A stretch of DNA of 32,000 nt from an uncultured Chloroflexia bacterium (GTDB lineage: Bacteria; Chloroflexota; Anaerolineae; Anaerolineales; Anaerolineaceae), in assembly GCA_963704755.1 (NCBI GenBank), contig OY969938.1, forward strand, positions 180,001-212,000, written 5' to 3'. The notes under the pieces are model-generated. The model did not search any database, was not told the DNA's origin, and saw only the letters and a list, made by a program, of their open reading frames with translations. A program made the translations under genes and the position numbers. Positions 17,630 to 24,942 of this stretch are shown here, in pieces (position 1 is the stretch's first letter; every line of letters begins with the position of its first letter).

Positions 17630-19156
17630 ATGATCCAAATTGATGGGGACCATCTTTCGATCGAAGATGTGGTCGCAGTCGCGTTGCACGGTGAGACGGT
17701 CGCGATTTCAGATTCGGGCAAAGAGAAGATTGAACAGTCATTCCAGACTTTAGAGCGGCTCATCGCGACCAACCGGCCGGTCTATGGGATCAATACCGGG
17801 TTTGGCATTTTCGCCGACCAGCGCATTCCGCGCCTGGAGAGCAACCGGCTGAGCCGCAACCTGATCCTGAGCCATGCGGTCGGCACCGGACCGGCCTTGC
17901 CAGATGAAGTGGTACGGGCTGCCTTATTGGTGCGGGCCAATACCCTCACCAAAGGTTTCTCCGGCATCCGCCTGGAAGTCGTCCAGACGATGCTGGACAT
18001 GTTAAATGCCGGGGTAGTACCAGTCGTGCCCGAGCAGGGCTCGTTGGGTTCTTCAGGCGACCTGGGACCGCTTTCGCACATGGCCCTGGTTTTTACGACC
18101 GACGACCAGGACCGCGTAGAGGATTCGGGTTGGGCCAAATACCAGGGCGAGGTCATGCGTGGATCCGAGGCGATGCACAAGGCCGGGTTAAAACGGGTTA
18201 TTTTGGGGCCGAAAGAAGGCCTGGCTTTGAACAACGGGGCTACTTTTTGCGCGGCTATCGCGGCATTGGCCGTGACCGAAGCGGAATATCTGTTATGCAT
18301 GGCCAACAAGGCCGTGTCGATGAGTATCGAGGCGCTGCTGGGTTGTTCGGCAGCCTTCGATGCCCGCATCCATGAAGCCCGGGGCCAGCAAGGGCAGATC
18401 GAGACCGCGGCCGAAATCCGTGATAATTTTAGCGGCAGCACGCTGGTGGATCTAAGCGGGCGCGTGCAAGACGCTTATTCTCTGCGCTGTTCACCGCAGG
18501 TGCATGGAGCGATCAAGGATACGATCGATTTTGTGCGAAAAACCGTCGAGAAGGAGATCAACGCCGTCACCGACAACCCGATCCTGTTCGCGCCGGAAGA
18601 GGCGATTTCAGGCGGAAATTTTCACGGTGAACCGGTCGGCCTGGCGATGGACTACCTGGGCATTGCGGTAGCCGAGCTGGGTGGAATTTCCGAACGGCGG
18701 ATCTTCCGGCTGATCGATGGCAAATTGAATGGGAATCTACCGCCCATGCTGGTGGACCGTCCGGAGGCGGCCGGGCTGAATTCAGGGTTGATGATGCCGC
18801 ATTACACGGCGGTATCGTTAGTTTTGGAAAACCAGACGCTGGCTCACCCCGATTCGGTTCATTCGTTGCCTACTTCGGGTGAACAGGAAGATCACAACGC
18901 CAATGCGATGACGGCAGCCCGGCACGCAGCCCAAATCATCGGCAATGTGCGGGCAGTGCTGGCGATCGAGTTGTACACCGCAGCGCGGGCGTTGGATTTA
19001 CGGCTGCGCACCGAGACGGGCGCCCGGATGGGCACCGGTTCGCATGCGACCTACACGACCATCCGTGAGCACGTTCCCTATCGACCCGGGGACCTGCTGT
19101 GGGGCCCTGAAATTGACCAGGTGCGCACCTTACTGGAACGTCACGTTTTGAAATAA
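17630..19156 (+). CDS. hutH: Histidine ammonia-lyase (MIO-dependent aromatic amino acid lyase family)
   Basis: 508 aa. MIO-region motif GSLGSSGDLGPLSH (canonical GSVGASGDLAPLSH). Ser-His selectivity pair in LILSHAVGTG, as in HALs. Also NPILF, GNFHGEP and SLPTSGEQEDHNANA. Confidence 0.85.
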   Translation: MIQIDGDHLSIEDVVAVALHGETVAISDSGKEKIEQSFQTLERLIATNRPVYGINTGFGIFADQRIPRLESNRLSRNLILSHAVGTGPALPDEVVRAALLVRANTLTKGFSGIRLEVVQTMLDMLNAGVVPVVPEQGSLGSSGDLGPLSHMALVFTTDDQDRVEDSGWAKYQGEVMRGSEAMHKAGLKRVILGPKEGLALNNGATFCAAIAALAVTEAEYLLCMANKAVSMSIEALLGCSAAFDARIHEARGQQGQIETAAEIRDNFSGSTLVDLSGRVQDAYSLRCSPQVHGAIKDTIDFVRKTVEKEINAVTDNPILFAPEEAISGGNFHGEPVGLAMDYLGIAVAELGGISERRIFRLIDGKLNGNLPPMLVDRPEAAGLNSGLMMPHYTAVSLVLENQTLAHPDSVHSLPTSGEQEDHNANAMTAARHAAQIIGNVRAVLAIELYTAARALDLRLRTETGARMGTGSHATYTTIREHVPYRPGDLLWGPEIDQVRTLLERHVLK

Positions 19157-19374
19157 TTCTTAGCCAGATTTAATGCTATATGCGACCAGCGCGTAAAAAA
19201 TTAAGTAAAGATTGATATACTTGGCTAAAAGGTAACTGCCCGGCAAAGGATCATACCGGATTCGGGATCAACTCGAAAAACTGGGTAGTTCCGCAAAAAG
19301 TTTTTGGTTTATGATTGTTTTTTTGGCTGGCTGCCAAAATTGTTCACTCATACGAACGAGGTTGACCATTCTTT

Positions 19375-20487
19375 ATGAATATCTTTGATAAAAAATTTTC
19401 ACGCCGGGAGCTCTTAAAAATTGGCGCTTTAAGCGCCGGAGCCCTGGCTTTTCAACCCCATCTCAATTTACCCCAAACCGGCACTGATTTTCCGGATAGT
19501 GAACGCCTGGGACGAAATTGCATCCAGGGCGTGATCAATGTGCGCAGCAAGCCGTCAGCCGACGCCGATGCGGTGGGTGTATTATACGAAGATGCAGTTG
19601 TCGCCTGGCTGCGGGAAGTGGTGGGAGAAGTGCCGGTGGGGCGCCAGTGCGCCCGCTGGGTAGAAACGCCGGATGGCTACATCTATGCGCCCAGCTTACA
19701 GCCGGTGCTGAACAAGCCCAACACGCCTTTGACCGAACTGCCCACGACCAGCCTGGGAAAAGGCATGTGGGCCGAAGTCAGCGTACCGTATACGCCGGTC
19801 TACCTGGAAAACGATAAACCGGTCTCACCCTGGCTGCAGGAAGCGGTGCAAAACAACCAGACTCCGCGTTTGTATTACAGCCAGATACTGTGGATCGATG
19901 ATATCCGTACCGGTTCAGATGGGCAGGTGCAGTACCGGATCAATGAGCGCTATGGCCCCGGCGACCTGTTCTGGTCACCCGGCGAGGCGTTTCGCCCGTT
20001 AACGGACGAGGAAATCCAACCGATTTCACCGGACGTCGAGAACAAGAAGATCGTGGTCGATGTAACCCCAACCCGCCAGATTTTGACCTGTTACGAGGGG
20101 AATTCAGAAGTTTACGCCTGCCAGATTTCTTCGGGGGCGAAATGGAATTCTGATGGGGAAATTGTGGATAAGTGGGGCACGCCGGTAGGGGATACCCACA
20201 TCTGGCGCAAGACAATTTCCATCCATATGATCGGCGGTTCTGCCGGCGGCGGCTACGACCTGGCCGGAATTGGGTGGTCCACTTTCTTCGACGAGAACGG
20301 CGTGGCCATCCACTCGACGTTCTGGCACAATGAGTACGGTACCCCGAAATCGCACGGCTGTGTCAACGCCAGCCCGGACGATGCTAAATTCGTTTTTCGC
20401 TGGACCACACCGAAGATCCCTTACGATCCGGGCGACGAGACCGTATCCGGAACGGTGGGCACTGAAATCCAAATCATAGAAGCTTAA
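19375..20487 (+). CDS. L,D-transpeptidase (YkuD domain) with Tat signal and SH3b-like domain
   Basis: Twin-arginine signal FSRRELLKIGALSAGALAF. SH3-like segment INVRSKPSADADAVGVLYEDAVV. YkuD catalytic motif HSTFWHNEYGTPKSHGCVNA. Confidence 0.85.
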   Translation: MNIFDKKFSRRELLKIGALSAGALAFQPHLNLPQTGTDFPDSERLGRNCIQGVINVRSKPSADADAVGVLYEDAVVAWLREVVGEVPVGRQCARWVETPDGYIYAPSLQPVLNKPNTPLTELPTTSLGKGMWAEVSVPYTPVYLENDKPVSPWLQEAVQNNQTPRLYYSQILWIDDIRTGSDGQVQYRINERYGPGDLFWSPGEAFRPLTDEEIQPISPDVENKKIVVDVTPTRQILTCYEGNSEVYACQISSGAKWNSDGEIVDKWGTPVGDTHIWRKTISIHMIGGSAGGGYDLAGIGWSTFFDENGVAIHSTFWHNEYGTPKSHGCVNASPDDAKFVFRWTTPKIPYDPGDETVSGTVGTEIQIIEA

Positions 20488-20503
20488 CGGATGTATCTTT
20501 ATC

Positions 20504-21223
20504 ATGGTTGATGTTTCAATCTGGTTAGCATTTTTAGCGGGCCTGGCTTCCTTTTTGTCCCCATGTGTCTTTTCCCTGGTCCCGGCCTATGTCGGTTATC
20601 TAAGCGGCAGGTCGGTGGCAGCTAACCGCAATGAGAGTGGCCAGACCAGGTTGCAAACCTTTTTTCACGGGCTGGCGTTTGTCCTGGGTTTCAGCCTGGT
20701 TTTCTTGACCATGGGGCTGATGATGTCGGCGGTCGGCTCGGTACTTTACGAGGCGCGCTACTGGCTGGCTAAAATCGGCGGGGTGATCGTCATCATATTG
20801 GGGCTCCATATGATCGGGATCCTGCGCATCCCATTTCTGGACTACGATCTTCATCCGCAAAACACGAACGAGCGCCGGCGCGGATATTTTTCTTCGGCGT
20901 TGCTAGGGATTACCTTTTCAGCCGGTTGGTCGCCCTGCATTGGCCCGATCCTGGGAATGATTTTGACTCTGGCGGTTAACGGCGGGTCGATTACCCATGG
21001 GATGCTTCTATTAGGGTTCTATTCGGTCGGCCTGGCCATCCCGTTTTTGATCGCTGCCCTGGGCATCGGCTGGATCACCCTGGCCCTGCGGAAATACGGC
21101 AAGGCGATGCATTACATCGAAATTGGCATGGGCGTGATCATGGTCGTGGTCGGCGTGTTGTTGTTCCTGGGCACGTTTAACACCCTGGGCCAGTATGGAT
21201 TCTTCGTCGATTTTGGACTATAG
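20504..21223 (+). CDS. ccdA: Cytochrome c biogenesis / thiol-disulfide electron transporter CcdA (DsbD family)
   Basis: 239 aa with six TM segments. Motifs FLAGLASFLSPCVFSLVPAYVGYL and SAGWSPCIGPILG, the two conserved Cys-containing helices. Confidence 0.9.
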   Translation: MVDVSIWLAFLAGLASFLSPCVFSLVPAYVGYLSGRSVAANRNESGQTRLQTFFHGLAFVLGFSLVFLTMGLMMSAVGSVLYEARYWLAKIGGVIVIILGLHMIGILRIPFLDYDLHPQNTNERRRGYFSSALLGITFSAGWSPCIGPILGMILTLAVNGGSITHGMLLLGFYSVGLAIPFLIAALGIGWITLALRKYGKAMHYIEIGMGVIMVVVGVLLFLGTFNTLGQYGFFVDFGL

Positions 21224-21235
21224 TAAGGTGATCTT

Positions 21236-21766
21236 GTGAGAGGAAAACTGCTGCTTTTCCTGGGGGGAGGCTTGCTGGTGGGCAGCCTGTTAGGGGCAGT
21301 CATCTTCTTTGCGGGTTCTGGAGCGAAAAATGCCAATCAGAATTCGCCTGTCTCTGGGAAGTCGTTCCCTGAAGTAACCCTGCAGGACCTGCAGGGAAAC
21401 CAGGTAAGCCTTTCCGGCTACAAAGGGCACCCGATGATCGTAAATTTCTGGGCAACCTGGTGTGGGCCTTGTAAAGTGGAAATGCCGCTTTTACAATCCT
21501 ATGCCCAACGTTACCCGGATTTGGAGTTGGTGGGTATCAACAACAACGAAGGGGCCGCGACCGTTCAGAAATTCCTGGATGACAACCACCTGAAATTCAA
21601 AGTATTGCTCGATAAAGGCGGACTGGTAGCCAACCAATTCAACGTTTTTGGTTTTCCGACCACGTATTTTGTGGATGCCGATGGGGTAATGCGTGGCTTG
21701 TATGTTGGAGAACTCGACGCCGAATTGCTTAATGGTTATTTACCGAAAATTGGAATTCAGCCATGA
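21236..21766 (+). CDS. TlpA/ResA-like membrane-anchored thioredoxin-fold thiol-disulfide oxidoreductase
   Basis: GTG start 4 nt after AAGGTGA. N-terminal TM segment. Active site in VNFWATWCGPCKVEMP and cis-Pro region FGFPTTYFVD. Confidence 0.85.
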   Translation: MRGKLLLFLGGGLLVGSLLGAVIFFAGSGAKNANQNSPVSGKSFPEVTLQDLQGNQVSLSGYKGHPMIVNFWATWCGPCKVEMPLLQSYAQRYPDLELVGINNNEGAATVQKFLDDNHLKFKVLLDKGGLVANQFNVFGFPTTYFVDADGVMRGLYVGELDAELLNGYLPKIGIQP

Positions 21767-22776
21767 TTATTGTGACAGTTTATATCGAACAAGGTGACCC
21801 GCATTGCGATCAGACTCTGTCTGACCTGGCCGATTTGCAGCCCCAATTCCCTCACCAACTGGTCGCTGTCGATATCGATCGAGACCCGGATATCCAAAGC
21901 AGCTATCAAGGGGCGGTACCGGTAGTGAGCGTGGGGGCGTATAAATTGCGCTATCCTTTCACCCGCCAGGACTTGCAGGTCGCTCTCGGAGCTGCCTATG
22001 ACCGGATGGACCAGCTCGGCAAGGTTGGCGATGAAAGACATGCGGCCCGGATCGAACGGGGGCACACCATCAGTGGGACAGACCGTTTTACCTACTGGCT
22101 AACCAATCGCTATTTGTGGTTGGTCAATGTATTGCTTCTCTTGTATGTCGGGCTGCCGTTTGTGGCACCGGTATTGGCCAAAGTGGGGGCGGATATCCCG
22201 GCCAATGTGATTTATACGATCTACAAGCCGTTTTGCCACCAGTTGTCGTTCCGCTCCTTCTTCTTGTTTGGCGAACAAGCCTTTTACCCGCGCCAGTTGG
22301 CCGGGGTGGGCGGAGTAGGCACGTACGAATCCTTTTTTGGCGATTCGAACCTTGACCTGACGACAGCCAGAGCATTCACCGGCATTGGAGAAGTTGGCGC
22401 CGGCCAGGGACGGATCGGATACAAGGTAGCCCTGTGCGAGCGCGACGTCGCGATTTATGGCTCTTTGTTCCTGTTCGGCGCGATATTTGCGTTGAGCCGC
22501 CGGAAGATCAAAGCACTGCCCTGGTACTGGTGGGTCGCGATTGGCATTATTCCGATCGGTGTGGACGGTGTATCGCAGTTACCCAGCTTGCTCAATATTT
22601 TCCCCCAGTGGGTATTGATGCGTGAAAGCACGCCCTTCTTGCGGGTACTGACCGGGGCATTGTTTGGGTTTGCAACCGCCTGGTATTTATTCCCGCTAAT
22701 CGAAGAGAGCATGCTTGAGACACGCAAGCTGTTGGCCGGGAAAATGGCCATCGTGGCTCAAATTCGGCAAGGTTGA
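21763..22776 (+). CDS. Fusion protein: N-terminal glutaredoxin-like (DUF836-type) thioredoxin fold with degenerate active site, plus a DUF2085 membrane domain
   Basis: The ATG overlaps the upstream stop (ATGA at 21763-21766). N terminus: IIVTVYIEQGDPHCDQTLSDL...AVPVVSVG. Membrane domain: KPFCHQLSFRSFFLFG and ALCERDVAIYGSLFLFG, both DUF2085 hallmarks. Confidence 0.75.
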   Translation: MIIVTVYIEQGDPHCDQTLSDLADLQPQFPHQLVAVDIDRDPDIQSSYQGAVPVVSVGAYKLRYPFTRQDLQVALGAAYDRMDQLGKVGDERHAARIERGHTISGTDRFTYWLTNRYLWLVNVLLLLYVGLPFVAPVLAKVGADIPANVIYTIYKPFCHQLSFRSFFLFGEQAFYPRQLAGVGGVGTYESFFGDSNLDLTTARAFTGIGEVGAGQGRIGYKVALCERDVAIYGSLFLFGAIFALSRRKIKALPWYWWVAIGIIPIGVDGVSQLPSLLNIFPQWVLMRESTPFLRVLTGALFGFATAWYLFPLIEESMLETRKLLAGKMAIVAQIRQG

Positions 22777-22783
22777 GGTTTTG

Positions 22784-23566
22784 ATGAGTTGGTACCATAC
22801 AGATGGACTCGAATATGTCTGTTTCGAGAGCTTTCCCAAGGATAAAGTCAAGCAGGGGATCTTTTCACGCCTGGGGGGAGTCAGCCCGGCCCCCTGGGAT
22901 GGGCTGAACCTGGGTGGTACGGTTGGCGACAGCCGTGAAAATGTCATCGAAAACCGGCGCAGGATGTTCGCCTCCCTGGAACGCCCGGTCGAATCACTTT
23001 TCGACGTCTGGCAAGTGCATTCCAGGGATGTGGTATGCAGCGAAAATCCTCGCCCCCTGGACCAGGCACATCAAAAAGCCGATGCTATTCTGACTGCCAA
23101 CTCGCACGTCACCCTGCTGATGCGCTTTGCCGACTGTGTGCCGATTTTGCTCTACGACCCCGATAAAAAGGTCGTGGGCCTGGTCCATGCCGGCTGGATG
23201 GGAACCGTTTCGCAAATTGTCCTGGCGGCGGTCAATGAAATGCAGCGCCATTATGGCAGTCTCCCGCGGAATATCCTGGCCGGGATTGGTCCCTCGATCG
23301 GGCCGGATCATTATGAAATCGGCCCGGATGTGGTCGAAAAAGTACACGAATCTTTCCTGGGGCAGGCAAAGGATGTTTTGGCCGAGCGAGATGGGAGAAG
23401 CTATTTGGACCTGTGGAAATCCAACCGGTTATTATTGGAAAGTGCCGGAGTTCGTTCGATCGAAGTCGCCGGAGTTTGTACCGCTTGCGATATCGGGCAC
23501 TGGTATTCTCACCGGGCCGAGCATGGAAAAACTGGCCGTTTTGGAGCTTTGATCGGATTAGCGTAA
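22784..23566 (+). CDS. pgeF: Peptidoglycan editing factor PgeF / YfiH (DUF152, laccase-domain protein)
   Basis: Motifs QVHSRDVV, ADAILT, RFADCVPILLYDP, GLVHAGWMGT and CTACD..WYSHR. ATG at 22784 lies 7 nt after the upstream stop. The track's 22715 start overlaps the upstream gene. Confidence 0.85.
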   Translation: MSWYHTDGLEYVCFESFPKDKVKQGIFSRLGGVSPAPWDGLNLGGTVGDSRENVIENRRRMFASLERPVESLFDVWQVHSRDVVCSENPRPLDQAHQKADAILTANSHVTLLMRFADCVPILLYDPDKKVVGLVHAGWMGTVSQIVLAAVNEMQRHYGSLPRNILAGIGPSIGPDHYEIGPDVVEKVHESFLGQAKDVLAERDGRSYLDLWKSNRLLLESAGVRSIEVAGVCTACDIGHWYSHRAEHGKTGRFGALIGLA

Positions 23567-23584
23567 GAGGAAACCAGGAAGCTT

Positions 23585-24337
23585 ATGGAAGACTTGCAAA
23601 CAAGCATTCGCGAGAACTACGACCATGCCCGGGAAATTATCGATGAAAATGCGCGAGCCTGCGGCCGTTCCGCTGAAGATGTACGAGTGGTGGTGGTCAG
23701 CAAAGCCCAACCGGTGGAGGTAGTGCGCGCAGCTGTCGAGGCAGGCATAACCCGTTTTGGTGAGAATTATCCCGAAGAGACCGTTCCCAAGATCCTGGAA
23801 TTGGAGGATGCGCGTCTCGAATGGCACATGATCGGCCATTTGCAGAGCCGTAAAGCGGCCCTGGTGTGCGAACATTTCGATTGGATGCAATCCGTCGACC
23901 GGCTCTCGCTGGCGGAGAAACTGGAACGAACGCTTGCAGCGGGCGGAAAAAATTTGCCAATATTGCTCGAGTTCAATGTCGGCGGTGAAGAAAGTAAATC
24001 CGGTTGGCCGGCCAGCGACGAGCATAGCTGGGAATCGCTTTTAGCGGATATCGAAGGGATTATAGCGATGCCGCATCTCGACCTGCGCGGATTGATGACC
24101 ATGCCGCCTTTCAGCACGGACCCGGACGAAGCGCGCGGCTATTTTCGAAAATTAGCCCGGCTGCGAGATTTTTTGGAAGCCAGACTTCCCGGCACAAAAC
24201 TGCCAGAACTCTCCATGGGAACCAGCTCGGATTATCCGGCAGCAGTTTTGGAAGGCGCGACACTGGTGCGAATCGGGCAGGCGATTTTAGGTGCCAGGAC
24301 GCGCAAAGAACGATCAAACCCACAAAATATGGTATAA
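23585..24337 (+). CDS. yggS: YggS-family pyridoxal-phosphate homeostasis protein (PLPBP)
   Basis: Motifs VVVSKAQPVEVVRAAVEAGITRFGENYPEE, WHMIGHLQSRKA, LSMGTSSDY and LVRIGQAILG. Confidence 0.9.
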   Translation: MEDLQTSIRENYDHAREIIDENARACGRSAEDVRVVVVSKAQPVEVVRAAVEAGITRFGENYPEETVPKILELEDARLEWHMIGHLQSRKAALVCEHFDWMQSVDRLSLAEKLERTLAAGGKNLPILLEFNVGGEESKSGWPASDEHSWESLLADIEGIIAMPHLDLRGLMTMPPFSTDPDEARGYFRKLARLRDFLEARLPGTKLPELSMGTSSDYPAAVLEGATLVRIGQAILGARTRKERSNPQNMV

Positions 24338-24347
24338 CATCCTAGCT

Positions 24348-24608
24348 ATGATCAATATATTAATCATTCTTGTGCAAACGTTAGGTTCGATCTTGCTGGT
24401 CCTGGTCCTGGTCAGCGCGGTTTTATCCTATTTTATGTCCCCTTACCATCCCATCCGCGCGACGGTGGACCGGATCGTAGAACCGCTTCTGAGCCCAATT
24501 CGCCGGATTGTACCTCCCCTGGGTATGATCGACTTTAGCCCAGTGGTGCTGATCATTTTGATTCAGGTGGTGGAAACCCTCCTGGTCTCGATCTTATCTA
24601 CCCTATAA
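24348..24608 (+). CDS. yggT: YggT-family small membrane protein
   Basis: MINILIILVQTLGSILLVLVLVSAVLSYF...IVEPLLSPIRRIVPPLGMIDFSPVVLIILIQV. The P..R.iPp.G.iDfSP motif is typical. ATG at 24348. Confidence 0.8.
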   Translation: MINILIILVQTLGSILLVLVLVSAVLSYFMSPYHPIRATVDRIVEPLLSPIRRIVPPLGMIDFSPVVLIILIQVVETLLVSILSTL

Positions 24609-24612
24609 AAAT

Positions 24613-24942
24613 ATGAGCGGAGCTAAAGGCCATCGATTGAAGGAAGCTAGCCTGGGTGCAGCCCTCACCGTACACCTGGTCGATGGCAGCGGCACTGCCG
24701 CCATCCAAAAGCTGCATGACGATGGCACAATTGTCATCCACCTGCCTGCTACCACAGCCGATAGGGATAAAAACCAGGCTTTGATTTCTTTCCTGGCGGC
24801 CGTACTCCAGGTCGAAGAGAAACAAATCGAGTTAGTTGCCGGGGCCAACCGAGCAGACAAACTTATCAGCGTTATTGGAATTTCTCCGGAGCAGGTGGAC
24901 CAAAAGGTATTCCAACTGCTAGGACGCCAGTCTAAACGCTGA
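24613..24942 (+). CDS. DUF167 / YggU-family (UPF0235) protein
   Basis: IVIHLPATTADRDKNQALISFLAAVLQVEEKQIELVAGANRADKLISVIG fits the DUF167 pattern. Its position after yggS-yggT matches the known yggS-yggT-yggU order. Confidence 0.7.
   Translation: MSGAKGHRLKEASLGAALTVHLVDGSGTAAIQKLHDDGTIVIHLPATTADRDKNQALISFLAAVLQVEEKQIELVAGANRADKLISVIGISPEQVDQKVFQLLGRQSKR

Noticed and set aside
19157-19374. Possible riboswitch or attenuator upstream of the L,D-transpeptidase gene (small hairpin TTTTGGC-tggct-GCCAAAA near 19332-19350)
   Set aside because: The stem has only three G-C pairs. I could see no conserved riboswitch core, such as ydaO or c-di-GMP-type motifs. The U-run after it is weak.
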